A stretch of 64,000 nt of DNA from an uncultured Chloroflexia bacterium (GCA_963738685.1 CAVTXK010000002.1:1204809-1268808); one strand, 5' to 3'. Positions 9,552-20,638 are shown, counted from the first letter of the stretch. Program-made: numbers and translations. The notes: generated by a model from the letters alone, not told the origin.

Positions 9552-10760
9552 TCAGGCGATGACGGCAGACATCCCCAGGGCCGACGTCGGGGCGGGTTGT
9601 GGAACGTGCGGCGTGGCCGCGACGCGCCGGAAGAGGCGGTTGTACTCCGCTCCGACCGAAGACCAGACCATGTCCCGGCTGTACTCGTACGCGCGGCGCC
9701 CGAGCGCTGCCCGCCGCTCGTCGTCGCCGAGCACCTCGTTGAGGGCTTTCGCGAACCGAGCCGGTGACCCCGCGGCCACCAGGACCCCGCGCCCCTCGGC
9801 CAGGAGCTCGGCCGCATAGGCATACGGGGTCGAGACGATCGCCCGGCCCGCGCCCATCGCGTAGGAAAGCGTGCCCGACACGGCCTGGTCCATGTCCGGA
9901 TAGGGCGTGACGAACACGTCGGCGGCCTGGAGCCAGCGCGTCAGCTCGACGCGGCCGACGAACTTGTCGACGAACTGGACGTGCTTGCCCATGCCGAGCG
10001 CCTTGACCCGAGCCACAAGGCCGTCCCGGTACGCTTCGCCTTCGCCCGCGAGCCGATCCGGGTGACTGGCACCAACGACGACGTAGCACGTGTTGGGGCG
10101 AGCAGCGACCACGGCCGGCAAGCGCATCGACCACGAGCTCGTACCCCTTGCCCGGCCCGAGCAGGCCGTAGCTGAGGATGACATCGCGCCCTTCGAGGCC
10201 GACGACTTTCTTGATCTCTTCTGGATCGACGAGCGGCAGGTCCGGCACGCCATGGGGGATGACGTCCACGCGGTCGGCATCGACGCCGTAGGCCGTCGGT
10301 CAGCAGCGCGGCCGCCGATCGCGACATCACGACGGTCGCGGTGACGCCGGCGATCAGTCCGGTAAGGATCGTCCGTTGCGAGGGGGTGGGCTTCCTGGGG
10401 ATGGTGTGCAACGTGGCGACTGCCGGGATGTCCAGCGCACGGACGAAGTCGAGGACGTACTCGCCATCGTCGCCGCCCCAGGTGGTGAAGTCGTGCTGGA
10501 TCGAGACGACGTCGACACAGGTTCCGAGGACCCGGGCCGTCCGCCCGTAGTCCGAGCGCTCGTCGCGCCGGATCCGATGGTGGACCTCGAGCGGGAACGG
10601 GGTACCTCGCTCCGGCGGGAGCAGGACGACGATCTCGCGGTCACCGGTGGCTGCCGCCAGGTCGTGGGTGAACGTGGCGATGCCACAGCGGCGCGGGGGA
10701 TAGGTACCGACGAACGCAGTCCGGGCGATGGTGTAGGTCCTCTCGAACGATCGGCGCCGC
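9552..10760 (-). pseudogene. glycosyltransferase family 4 (GT-B, group 1); at least 2 frameshifts, N-terminal end approximate
   Basis: The protein is spread over three frames: N-terminal GTYPPRRCGIATFTHDL (9941..11053), middle IPHGVPDLPLVDPEEIKKVVGLEGRDVILSYGLLGPGKGYELVVDAL (9523..10269), C-terminal VVGASHPD...AIVSTPYAYAAELL (9552..10280). Confidence 0.6.
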
Positions 10761-10913
10761 TCCGGATCCGTCGGGACGGGATCGGGCGCGCCGGTTGCCG
10801 TTGTGCGGAGGCGGGAGGCCGGGCTGCAGTGCTCGGACGGTCGCGACCGGATGCTATCGGGCTGGGAATGGATGGAGCGGCGGCTCGCCCGGGTGGACGA
10901 GCCGCCCGTCCTG

Positions 10914-11117
10914 CTAGGCGGAGCGCACCTTGTTGGCGCGCGGGCCCTTGGGGCTCTGCTCGATCTCGAACTCGACGGGCTCGCCACCGACCAGGCGGTC
11001 GAAGTCGAGCGAGGAATCCAGGCCGCCACGATGGAAGAAGTATTCCTTCTCATCCTCGGCGGAGATGAAGCCGAAGCCGCGATCGGCGACGACCTTCTTG
11101 ATGGTACCGGTGGTCAT
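10914..11117 (-). CDS. cold-shock domain protein
   Basis: 67 aa (MTTGTIKKVVADRGFGFISAEDEKEYFFH...). GGAGG RBS 5 nt upstream. The long leader is typical of csp genes. Confidence 0.85.
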   Translation of the reverse strand: MTTGTIKKVVADRGFGFISAEDEKEYFFHRGGLDSSLDFDRLVGGEPVEFEIEQSPKGPRANKVRSA

Positions 11118-11464
11118 GAGGACCTCCAACACTTCCCGAACCAGGGACTGAAGACGCACGGCCCGTTCGAGAAGGAAGTCGACCACGCGGAACATCGCCA
11201 CACATCGCGGCGAAACCCCACCATACCACACCAATTCCTGCGCACAGCCATCGGCGACTCGTTCCCTGGCGTGCGTGCTTGCCAGGCTGCAGAACCGGCC
11301 CGAACACGTCCTCCGCCGGCTTCGCGCTCGAATCCGTGCCGGAGAAGCACACATCAAGCGCGACGCTCGAGTCCGGCGCCCGAATCGTGACCTTCGACCC
11401 CGATCTGCCGTCTACCAAGCACACCAGGCGCTGCACGTGATGCGACGTACGCCGCCAACAGCAC

Positions 11465-11497
11465 GACGCCCCGGTCCGCTTCGGCACCCGGGGCGTC
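11465..11497 (-). terminator. GC-rich hairpin (10-bp stem GACGCCCCGG/CCGGGGCGTC) downstream of the haloperoxidase-like gene; a second hairpin lies at 11519-11552
   Basis: Perfect inverted repeats read in the sequence. No U-tract follows, which is common in high-GC actinobacteria. Confidence 0.3.
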
Positions 11498-11605
11498 GCA
11501 CCGGCCGGGTCAGAGAGGGGCCCCCGGGATCCTCCCCACAGGACCGGGGGCCGTACTCTCGGGATCCGTCAGTTGGCGGGCCACGAACGGGCGCGTGATC
11601 AACGG

Positions 11606-12982
11606 TCAGTCGTCGTCGTCGTCCTCGTCTTCACGCTCGAAGTAGTGCTTGTCGATCCACTGGGCCACGTTCTTCCCGAGCCGGGCGCCCTGGACGTCGG
11701 CCGTCCGGAAGTGGAACCCATTCAGGATCCGGCCCTCGATCGTGTCGTTGATCACCCCGGTGAGCCGCGTGTACGAGCGGGTCGACCCCGGGATCGCCAC
11801 CGGCACTCCGGTCGGCACTCCAGGGCTCGTGAGCTGGAAGGTGATCCTGTCCGTCCCGAAGAACAGACGGGCGCTGTGCCAGAATCCGCCGGTGAAGCAG
11901 TTGTAGCCGGACGGGTGATCCGAGTACGGTGGCGGCGGGAAGACCGACAGCCAATCGGGGTTCGGCGAGGTGGCCGCATTGCCGTCGTTGAGCGCCTCGC
12001 GGATCGCCGTCTGTGGCCGCCAGAGGTTCCAATGGTCCTTGTCGTCAAAGCAGCCGATCAGGGCGTCCGCGCCTCCCATGCTCGTCTTGACGAAGAGGCG
12101 TGCCTGCTGGCTGGTCGATAGCCGGCGCGCGACGGCGATCTCGCGTAGCCCCTTGTTCATGAAGGGCAACGGATTGGCGGTCACGAACCCGGCCAAGAGC
12201 GTCTGCGCCGCGGTCCGGCTCGATCCCGACTGCGCACCCAGCGACTTGACCTCGTTGAATTCCCTGGCGTACTTGGCGCTCGTCAGCTCGAGCGGACCCT
12301 TCGTACGGAACTGATCGGTGCTCTTCATCGTGAGGGGCTTGACCTTGGCGAACCAGCCAAAGGCGTTGTTCAACAACGGAAGGACCGGACGCCACTTGCC
12401 GACCGCGTTCGATTCGGCCCAGGAATAGGTGCCGAACCGGCCGTCACCGGTCCGGGCCAGGAGCATCGCCGCGGCCGCCTCGCGGCCGATCTTCACGCCC
12501 CTGGTCTTTGACCGACCGTCGTCGATCAGGGCGAGGGACGCGGTGAGCATGTCGTCCACCCTGGCCTTGACCAGCGGCAGCGTTGTCGGCGTGAGGCCGA
12601 CCAGGACATCGTGGGCTGCCTGCGCCACCGCGGCCGGCTTGGACGCCGAACTCCGCGCGGACAAGCCCTTGAGATACGGTTCGTGCTTCTTGTCGATGGC
12701 ATTGACGGCGTCATAGATCGCGCCGTGAACCATCGCGAGGTGGAGCGCCGAGATCGGTGGACCCTGGCCGAGACCAGGGGGCGTGGGTGGCGTTGTCACC
12801 GGGGGCGCTGTGGCAGCACCGATCACGTTGATGGCGTTCTCGTTCCAGACGAGGACCATGTTGGTCGGCCCGGCCGCCGCAACTGAGGCGCCCGGGATCA
12901 CTCCGAGCGCCGCGATGAGGGCCGTGGCGGTGAAGGCCACAAGCCACCTGCGAACCCTCGGCTTCTCGTTGGATCGCGTCAT
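11606..12982 (-). CDS. secreted vanadium-dependent haloperoxidase / PAP2-superfamily-like protein
   Basis: AAGGAGG RBS and a signal peptide (MTRSNEKPRVRRWLVAFTATALIAALGVIPGASVAAA). 458 aa with resemblance to bacterial vanadium haloperoxidase/acid phosphatase-related proteins. Acidic tail EREDEDDDDD. Confidence 0.5.
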   Translation of the reverse strand: MTRSNEKPRVRRWLVAFTATALIAALGVIPGASVAAAGPTNMVLVWNENAINVIGAATAPPVTTPPTPPGLGQGPPISALHLAMVHGAIYDAVNAIDKKHEPYLKGLSARSSASKPAAVAQAAHDVLVGLTPTTLPLVKARVDDMLTASLALIDDGRSKTRGVKIGREAAAAMLLARTGDGRFGTYSWAESNAVGKWRPVLPLLNNAFGWFAKVKPLTMKSTDQFRTKGPLELTSAKYAREFNEVKSLGAQSGSSRTAAQTLLAGFVTANPLPFMNKGLREIAVARRLSTSQQARLFVKTSMGGADALIGCFDDKDHWNLWRPQTAIREALNDGNAATSPNPDWLSVFPPPPYSDHPSGYNCFTGGFWHSARLFFGTDRITFQLTSPGVPTGVPVAIPGSTRSYTRLTGVINDTIEGRILNGFHFRTADVQGARLGKNVAQWIDKHYFEREDEDDDDD

Positions 12983-13195
12983 GACGTCCTCCTTCGCTGC
13001 GTCGGGCGCACGGGTCTCAGGACCGCCGTCCTTCGGTGCCCTCACCTGATTGGCGTCGGGAGGGCCCGAATCGTTCCAGCTTTCCACGCGCCCGTCGCGC
13101 AGCCGTCGTTCCGTCCCCTGCTCGCCGAGCGTCGACCGTGCCCACAGGAGGATCGCTGGCTGTGAGGTCGCAACGGCACCGCGTACGATGGCCGG

Positions 13196-13627
13196 GTGCT
13201 TGGGGGTGAGCCTGTCGCATCGAAGAAGCGAGGGACTGTGACCGATCCGGAGACGCCATCGATCATCGTGTTCGACGACCTGGCACATTCCCGCCATGCG
13301 CATGAGTTCGTCGGTGCCGAGCACGGGGACGTGCCGTTCTCGGTCATCCTCGTGCACTCGGCGCCCGGGGTCGGGCCGAAGCTGCATCGCCACCCTTATG
13401 CCGAGGTGTTCATCGTCGAAACGGGGGAGGCCACGTTCCAGATCGGGGAGGCGACGGTCGTCGTCGAGGGTGGGCGCGTCGTCGTCAGCCCGCCGGGCGA
13501 GGCCCATGGGTTCACCAACACCGGCACGGGCGAGTTGCGCATGACGGCGATCCACGGCGCCGGACGCTTCGACACGGAGTGGTTGGCAGGCCCAGACCCG
13601 GCGTGGACGTCCACGCCCGAGGCCTGA
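13196..13627 (+). CDS. cupin domain protein
   Basis: Cupin motifs (HRHPYAEVFIVETGEATF...PPGEAHGFTN). The start could instead be the downstream GTG at about 13238. Confidence 0.55.
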   Translation: MLGGEPVASKKRGTVTDPETPSIIVFDDLAHSRHAHEFVGAEHGDVPFSVILVHSAPGVGPKLHRHPYAEVFIVETGEATFQIGEATVVVEGGRVVVSPPGEAHGFTNTGTGELRMTAIHGAGRFDTEWLAGPDPAWTSTPEA

Positions 13628-13725
13628 CCGACCAGGGTCCTTGGCCCGCCCCACTGACTTGCACTCCGCAAGTCACAGGAGTACGGTTGTTGCCTACGCA
13701 ACGACTACCGGCCCAGGAGCCACCC

Positions 13726-14106
13726 ATGAACGACCAGATCCGCAGGCGCCTCGCCAAAGGCCACCGCATCGACATCACGACTACGGGACGCAGGACCGGC
13801 CAGCCGCGCCGGATCGAGATCGTCTTCCACAACATGGACGGCCGGCTGATCATCACCGGCACGCCCCGGGCTGACCGCAAGCGTGCCTGGCTCGTCAACC
13901 TGGAGGCGGACCCGCACCTCACGTTCCATCTCAACGGGGTCGCCCAGGCGGATCTGCCCGCGACGGCCCGCGTCATCACGGACGTCGCGGAGCGGCGTTC
14001 CATCGCGGATTGGGTCACCACGCACGCCTGGCACAGCATGGACGCGGACGCGATGACCGCCTACTCGCCGATGATCGAGGTCACGATCGACGACCTCGCC
14101 GCCTGA
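13726..14106 (+). CDS. nitroreductase-family deazaflavin (F420H2)-dependent oxidoreductase (DUF385/PNPOx-like)
   Basis: MNDQIRRRLAKGHRIDITTTGRRTGQPRRIEIVFHNMDGRLIITG is the typical DUF385 signature. AGGAGC RBS. Confidence 0.75.
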   Translation: MNDQIRRRLAKGHRIDITTTGRRTGQPRRIEIVFHNMDGRLIITGTPRADRKRAWLVNLEADPHLTFHLNGVAQADLPATARVITDVAERRSIADWVTTHAWHSMDADAMTAYSPMIEVTIDDLAA

Positions 14107-14123
14107 CGGGGATCGAACGCCGG

Positions 14124-15033
14124 CTAGGTCGCGGACTCGGCGCCGCGCAGCGCCTCGATGACGGGCGCGAACGCCCTGACGCCATCGATCGAATTCGGGC
14201 GTAGCTGGACCTGCAGGTGGTTCGATGCCCAGATCGCCGAACCGTCGGAGCTCGGCGGCGATGACTGCCGGTCCGCCGCGGATCGCGCGCTCCTCCGCCG
14301 GACTCTCCGCCCCGGCGGCGCTCGTGCGGACGAGCACCTCCACCGACTTGGTGAGGCTCGAAGGATCGCGGCCCATGTCCTGACAGGCAGCATCCAGCGC
14401 CTCGAGCAACCCGGGCACCTCGTCGAGCGTGCGCAAGCCGCCGTTCCAATGATCCGCCAGCTCGGCCGTCAAGCGGAGCATCCTCGGCCCGGCCGCGCCC
14501 ACCATCACCGGTAACCCACCCGGGCGATGCCCGCGCGGTTCCAGCCGGGCTGAGCGAGTCCGGAACGTTCGCCCGTCGTGCGTCGAGACCCCTCGGCGCA
14601 GCATCGCGGTGATGATCCGGAGTGCGTCCTCGAAGCTCGCGAAACGCTCATCGAACGGGACGCCGTAACTCGTGAACTCCACCTCGTTCCAGCCGGCCCC
14701 GATCCCGAGGGTGACCCGTCCGCCGCTGACCTCATCGAGCGTCTCGGCCATCTTGGCCACCAGGGCCGGGTTCCGAAACGGCGCCGCAAGCACGTAGGTG
14801 CCGAGGGCCACGCGCCGCGTCGAGGCCGCCAATGCGGCCAGCAGGGTCCACGACTCCCACGCGCCCCGCCAGTCGCCATCGGGATCCCCGAAGCCCACGT
14901 GGTCGGAGACCCAGACCGCATCGAACCCGACCGCCTCGGCGGCCTCCGCCATCCCGAGGATGTCGGCCCAGCGCGGCGTGCGTCCGTCCATCGATCCCTC
15001 GACGAAGGGCAGGTTCAGCCCGAGCTGGAGCAT
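14124..15033 (-). pseudogene. LLM class F420-dependent oxidoreductase; 1-nt insertion near 14215
   Basis: The N-terminal 270 aa are in ORF 13705..15033 (GRVTLGIGAGW...). The canonical C-terminus HLQVQLRPNSIDGVRAFAPVIEAL is in the other frame (ORF 14124..14393). Confidence 0.65.
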
Positions 15034-15106
15034 GAGACGACCCTAACCGATTGCTGCTGCGACGATCGACCCCGGGGCGTGACCGCGCCGCGTGCGAGCC
15101 AGGCCG

Positions 15107-16039
15107 TCAGGTGGCAGGTGGGATCAGCCCCAGCACGGTGTCGACGGCGTCGTCGATCGACGATGGCAGGACGAGCGCCCCCGTGGCCGGACTGATTTCA
15201 TTCGCCCGCGTCCCACCCAGCGCGGCGATCGGCGGTCGTGACGCCGCGCGAAGGCTCGTGACGACCTCCGCGGCCGCGGCTCGATCGGACGCAGCGACCA
15301 CGCCCACCACGGCGACGGGCGCGCGACTCGTCTCGACGGCGGTCAGCCAGCTCTCCAGCGGCACGTCCGCCCCCAGGTAGAGGACTTCGATCCCGCGACG
15401 GCGGGCTGCGACCGCGAATGCCAACGCGCCGAGCTCGTGATGCCCGCCCGGCGGCAGCCCGACGGCGACATCCGTCGCGCCGGTCGAGGCGATGGCGTCG
15501 TAGAAGCGGACCAGTCGGCGTCGGACCGTCTCGCTGGCGGCGTGCTCGCTCGCCACGTCGATCGTGCCTGCTGCCCAGGCGTCGCCCACCGCGCGCAGGG
15601 CGGGGAAGACCACATGCTCCGCTGCGGCCTCGAAGCGCTCGGAGGCAAAACCCTCGTCGAGGACGCGATCCATCGCCGCGATGTCGAGTCGTCGGGCGGC
15701 GGACACGAAGGCGTCCACAGCGGCGTTCGCCAGGTCGGTCGCAGCGACAGGTGGTGCCGATCGGGTCGGGGCCGCCTCGTTCCATCGGGCTGCCTGGTCC
15801 AACAGGTTGGCGAGATCCTCGCCGCCGGCCAGGACGCGCTCGGCGGCTTGATTCGGTCGCATGCCGTCGTGTTCCACGAGGTGGCGCATCGCGGCGAGGC
15901 GGCTGATCGCCACGTCGTCGTACAGCCGGTAGCCGGTCGGTGTCCGTTCGGGGTGGACGACGCCATAGCGCCGCTCCCACGCGCGGACGGTCGGGACGGT
16001 CAACCCGCTGCGAGACGCGGCTTCCTTGATGGTGTACAT
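15107..16039 (-). CDS. MerR-family HTH regulator with a C-terminal cobalamin-binding domain (CarH/LitR-like light-responsive repressor)
   Basis: N-terminal MerR HTH (MYTIKEAASRSGLTVPTVRAWERRYG). The C-terminal Rossmann-like B12-binding region carries a GGHHELG (DxHxxG-type) motif and the (G)ADVP motif. Confidence 0.7.
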   Translation of the reverse strand: MYTIKEAASRSGLTVPTVRAWERRYGVVHPERTPTGYRLYDDVAISRLAAMRHLVEHDGMRPNQAAERVLAGGEDLANLLDQAARWNEAAPTRSAPPVAATDLANAAVDAFVSAARRLDIAAMDRVLDEGFASERFEAAAEHVVFPALRAVGDAWAAGTIDVASEHAASETVRRRLVRFYDAIASTGATDVAVGLPPGGHHELGALAFAVAARRRGIEVLYLGADVPLESWLTAVETSRAPVAVVGVVAASDRAAAAEVVTSLRAASRPPIAALGGTRANEISPATGALVLPSSIDDAVDTVLGLIPPAT

Positions 16040-16070
16040 GGTTTGCCTAGCCTATCAGCCTGTCCAGCCC

Positions 16071-16130
16071 TTGACAATGATTGGACAAAGGCACTACAGT
16101 CGGCGCAGCACCCTAGACAAAGGGTGGACA
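16071..16130 (+). promoter_or_regulatory. Candidate CarH-type operator: five ACA triplets on an 11-bp register (centres about 16075, 16086, 16097, then 16118, 16129), overlapping -35 TTGACA (16071-76) and -10 TACAGT (16095-16100)
   Basis: Read directly in the sequence: ttgACAatgattggACAaaggcactACAgtcgg....tagACAaagggtggACA. CarH/LitR proteins bind tandem 11-bp direct repeats of nAnnTnnACAn type. The promoter reads toward the DUF4397 gene. Confidence 0.45.
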
Positions 16131-16178
16131 ACCAGAGAGCTCAGCCGACATCGGCTGGGCGATACAGGAGTTCTATCG

Positions 16179-17048
16179 ATGCAACGACGAACCGCGCCGC
16201 TCCTCCGGCTACTCGCCGCCGGGATCCTCACGTTCTCACTCGCAAGCGTGGCGAGCGCCGCGGACACCGCGATGGTGCGTGTCCTGCACGCATCACCGGA
16301 CGCGCCCGCCGTCGACGTCTACCTCGACGACACCATCGTCGAGGCGCTCACCGACGTTCCGTTCGGCACGATCTCGGCCTATCTCGACGTCCCGGCCGGT
16401 GATCACAACGTCAAGGTCTACGCCACGGGTACGACCGAAGGCCCGGTCATCGACGCCGACGTGACCGTCGCAGCCGGTCGCAAGTACACGATCGCCGCCA
16501 CCGATGCCGTGGCCTCGATCACGGCCCAGGTCCTCCAGGATGAGCCCGCACCCGACTGCGACAGCGCGTCCGTGCGCGTCGTGCACTTCAGCGCCGATGC
16601 GCCCGCGGTCGATGTCGCCACCACCGGCGCCGAGCCGGCGGATGCGGTCGTGAGGAACCTCGAGTACCCGAACGCCACGGACTACGTCGCGTTGCCGGCC
16701 GGCTCCTATGACCTCGAGGTCCGCCTCGCTGGGACGACGACGGTCGCTCTCACGTTGCCAGATGTCGCGGTCGAGGCGTGCACGGCCTACAGCGTCTTCG
16801 CGATCGGTTCCGCGGCCACCCCGGCGGTCGGCGACAACGCGCTGCAGGTCGCCGTCGCCGTCGACGCGACCGCGTCCAACGACGCCGGCGCGACCCTGCC
16901 TCCGACCGACACGATCGCTCCGGAAGGATCGACGCCGAGCGACGGGTTCGGCCTGCCGGCCGTGCTGCTCGCCGTCGTCGGCCTCGCCAGCTTCGCCGTC
17001 ATCGCTCGACGCCTCGCCACCAGCCGCGTGCGGCAGGACGAGGGGTAG
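16179..17048 (+). CDS. DUF4397 domain protein, secreted with a C-terminal membrane anchor
   Basis: Signal peptide MQRRTAPLLRLLAAGILTFSLASVASA. DUF4397-like VRVLHASPDAPAVDVYLDD and VRVVHFSADAPAVDV repeats. C-terminal TM plus basic tail. Confidence 0.6.
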   Translation: MQRRTAPLLRLLAAGILTFSLASVASAADTAMVRVLHASPDAPAVDVYLDDTIVEALTDVPFGTISAYLDVPAGDHNVKVYATGTTEGPVIDADVTVAAGRKYTIAATDAVASITAQVLQDEPAPDCDSASVRVVHFSADAPAVDVATTGAEPADAVVRNLEYPNATDYVALPAGSYDLEVRLAGTTTVALTLPDVAVEACTAYSVFAIGSAATPAVGDNALQVAVAVDATASNDAGATLPPTDTIAPEGSTPSDGFGLPAVLLAVVGLASFAVIARRLATSRVRQDEG

Positions 17049-17113
17049 ACGACGGCTCGCCCGCGGACCCGGCCGTGCATCTCTCGGCCGGGTCCCGGCA
17101 GCCCACGCTGACC

Positions 17114-18140
17114 ATGAAGATCCAGGACCTGCTCGATGACGCGCTCGAGGTCGCCGTCATCCCCAGCTTTTCCAGCATCGGATACGCGGTGCGGCGACGA
17201 CTGTACGGATGGACGCCACCGCCCGCTGACGTCCTGCGCGGACGGACCGTCCTCATCACCGGACCCACCTCGGGCCTGGGTCGAGCGGCGACCGATGCGC
17301 TGGCTGACCTTGGGGCCCGACTCATCCTGGTCGGGCGCAGCGAGGAACGGCTCCACGGGGTCCGCGACCAACTCATCGAGGTCCATGGGGAGGACCGCTT
17401 TCGAACGGTCGTCGCCGACATGGCGTCGCTCGCCTCGGTCCGAGGGGCTGTCGACCGGATCCTCGAGACGGAGACTCGGCTCGACGTCCTCATCGACAAC
17501 GCCGGCGCGATCTTTCCAGAACGAACCGAGAGTCCGGACGGGATCGAGTCGACCCTGGCCACGCTGGTGGTCGGGCCATTCGCGCTGACCGCCGGCCTGC
17601 TGCCCCTGCTCCGCCGCACTGGCGCGGCCAAGGTGATCGGGGTCACGTCAGGCGGGATGTACGCCCAGCGTCTCCACCTCGACGACCTGCAGTGGACCGC
17701 CGAACGGTTCGATGGCACGCAGGGCCTATGCCCGCGCCAAACGCGCCCAGGTCGCCCTGATGCGCGAGTGGTCTCGCCGCATCCCGCCGATCGAGGTGGC
17801 ATTCACCGCGATGCATCCCGGATGGGCAGATACCCCGGGCATCTCGGCGGCCCTGCCGCGGTTCTACCGCGTCATCGACCCGATCGTCAGGACGCCCGCA
17901 CAGGGCGTCGATACGACCGTGTGGCTGGCCGCCGACCCGGCAGCCACCGGCGCGACCGGCCGGGTCTTCCTCGATCGGCGGCCACGTCCGTTCGACCGCG
18001 TGCCGGCGACCCGCCTCTCCGCGGCCGATCGCCGCCAGCTGTGGGACGCCGTGGTCGAGCTGGCCCGCCTGGTGGACCCAGCTCCGACACCGGATCCCCC
18101 ACCCACCCGTAAACCCCAGAACCATGGAGGCACGACATGA
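17114..18140 (+). pseudogene. SDR family oxidoreductase; frameshift near 17725
   Basis: TGPTSGLGRAAT Rossmann motif and NAG in ORF 16778..18112. The catalytic Y..K region and C-terminus ([15 protein letters not shown]...) are in ORF 17712..18140. Confidence 0.6.
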
Positions 18141-18598
18141 CGCGCATCCACGAGCGCATCGAGACGGCCCTGCCGATCGACGCCGCCTTCGACTACATCG
18201 CCGACTTCGCCAACTCCCAGGAGTGGGACCCGGGCACGGTCGCATCCCGCCCGCTCGACGACCGCCCGGTCGGACCGGGTGCCGGGTACGCGCTGGAGGT
18301 CCGGATGGGCGGTCGCATCGCCCCGATGGAATACCGCATCCGGGACTTCGAGCGACCCCGCCGGGTCGTGCTCGTCGGCTCGGGGCCGAACGTCGACGCG
18401 GTCGACGACATCCGTTTCGAGCGGACCGGCGACCGCACCGTGATCGACTACACCGCGGACATCCGCCTCGGCGGTCTGCTCCGGTTCGTCCAGCCGTTCC
18501 TTGCCGGGACATTCGACAAGATCGGGCGCGACGCGGCCACCGGGATGGACCGCACGCTCGCGGCCCTGGCGGCCGGGCGAGACGAGGCGACCCGCTGA
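18137..18598 (+). CDS. SRPBCC family protein (polyketide cyclase/dehydrase-like)
   Basis: 153 aa. The ATGA start overlaps the upstream gene. Confidence 0.65.
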   Translation: MTRIHERIETALPIDAAFDYIADFANSQEWDPGTVASRPLDDRPVGPGAGYALEVRMGGRIAPMEYRIRDFERPRRVVLVGSGPNVDAVDDIRFERTGDRTVIDYTADIRLGGLLRFVQPFLAGTFDKIGRDAATGMDRTLAALAAGRDEATR

Positions 18599-19896
18599 TG
18601 CGCATCGCGATCATCGGCGGGGGGATCAGCGGCCTGAGCGCCGCCTACACGCTGCACCGCGAGCACGAGGTCCGGCTGTACGATGCCGAATCGCCGGTCG
18701 GCGGCCACGTCAAGACCGTCGCGGTCGAGACGGTGGACGGTCCGCTCGCCGTCGACATGGGCTTCATCGTCCACAACGACGTCACGTACCCGACGTTCCG
18801 GCGGATGCTCGGCGAGCTCGGTGTCGAGACCCAGGCGAGCGACATGTCGCTGGGCTCCGCCTGTCGGGCCTGCGATGTCGAGTTCAGCTCCCGCGGCGCT
18901 CGCGGCTGGTTCGCCCAGGCCGTCCGCGGCCGCTCGGCCGAGCCACTGGCGGATGCTCGCGGACATCCTGCGGTTCTATCGCGACGCGCGCGCTCGCCTC
19001 GACCGCGGAGCCACGTCCCGGGCGACGCTCGGTGACTATCTCGACGACGGAGGGCTTCGGGCCGGGTTTCCGCGACCACTTCCTGGTCCCGATCACCTCA
19101 GCGGTGTGGTCGACGGCGTCCGACCGGATCCTCGACTTCCCGGTCGACTACCTGTTGCGGTTCCTCGACCACCACGGTCTCATCGGCGTCGGTCGGGCGC
19201 TTGCAGTGGCGGACGATCGCCGGCGGATCGATGCGCTACGTCGAGCGGATCCTCGATCGCCTCGGGTCCGATGCCGTCCGCGCCGGCGACCCCGTCGTCG
19301 ACGTCACGCGGACCGGCCTGGACGTGATCGTTCGGACCGCGGCCGGCACGAGCGACGCCTTCGACGCCGTCGTGATGGCCACGCACGCCGACGACGCGCT
19401 CGGGCTGCTGCGGGATGCGGATGTCCGGGAACGCGCCGCGCTCGCCGCGTTCGAGTACTCGACGAACCGCGTCGTCCTCCACACCGACACCGCGCTGCTG
19501 CCTCGGCGACCCGCCGCCTGGGCGTCGTGGAACGTCGACGCAGCAGGACTGCCGCCGACCCAGCGATGCGCTGACGATGACGTACCACATGAACCGGCTG
19601 CAGAGCGCTGCCCGGGCCGGTCCAGTACTGCCGTGTCGGTCAACCCCGACGCGCGACTGGACCCGGATCGGATCCTTGCCGATCGCGCGATGCGCCACCC
19701 GCTGTACACGTTCGAGACGCTCGACGCGCAAGCTCGCGTCCGAGCGTTGCAGGGATGGCGTCGGACCTTCTACGCCGGCGCGCACCTCGGGTACGGCTTC
19801 CACGAGGACGGGTGCCGGTCCGGCATCGAGGCGGCCGAACGGATCCTCGCCGGGATCGTCGCTCCGATGGATGTCACCGAGGAGCGGGCGGCATGA
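18598..19896 (+). pseudogene. NAD(P)/FAD-dependent oxidoreductase (amine-oxidase-like); at least 4-5 frameshifts
   Basis: [19 protein letters not shown] dinucleotide-binding N-terminus. Conserved blocks are scattered over frames 18124, 18683 ([19 protein letters not shown]), 18501 ([34 protein letters not shown]), 19201 (...YAGAHLGYGFHEDG) and 19415 (MTYHMNRLQS). Confidence 0.6.
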
Positions 19897-20638
19897 GGTC
19901 GCATCTCCTCGAAGGCGTCGTCCGCCATCGTCGCGCCCGTCCGTTCGTGTACGCGCTGCAGCATCGGCGTGTACGTACGTCGCGCTCGACCTCGACGAGC
20001 TCGACATCGTCGATGGTGCGTCCGCGTTGCTCCGTCGCAACCGGCGGGGCGTGCTCGAGCTCCGCGACGACGACCACCTCGATCCGCCGGCGGACGATCT
20101 GCGGACCGCGTTCCTCGACCACCTGCGCGCGGAAGGGGAGGACCCGACAGGCTGGCAGATCACCCTGGTCGACGAACCTCCGCGTGATCGGCTATGTGTT
20201 CAACCCGGCCAGCTTCTACCTGTGCCGCGACGCGACCGGTGTGCTCCGGGTCGTCGTCGTCGAGGTCCACAACACCCACGGCGAGCGCCACCTCTACACG
20301 CTTCGCTCCCGGCCCGGCGCTCGCCTTCGTCGCCTCGATGGACAAGGACTTCTACGTCTCGCCGTTCATCGAGATGCCGCGGCGGCTACACCGTCCGCGT
20401 CCGGGACGAGGGCGTCGCGCCTGCGGATCACCGATCAACCAGCACCAGGCCGAGGGGCTCGTGTTGCACGCCAGCCTGGACCTGGCGCGGCGGCGCATGA
20501 CCGACCGAAACGTGCTGCGGATGCTGCTGCGATACCCGCTCGTGACGCACAAGACGATCGCTGCTGATCCACTGGCACGCGCTGCGGTTGTGGCTCCGCG
20601 GCGCTCGGTTCCACCGCCACCGCGAGGTCGCCCGATGA
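19893..20638 (+). pseudogene. DUF1365 family protein; at least 2-3 frameshifts
   Basis: MRSHLLEGVVRHRRARPFVYAL (19755 frame), then YVALDLDELDIVDG...TGWQITLVDEPP (19415 frame), then GYVFNPASFYLCRD...VEVHNTHGERH (19755 frame), then MDKDFYVSPFIEMP (20194 frame). The IHWHALRLWLRG C-terminus is in yet another frame. Confidence 0.6.
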
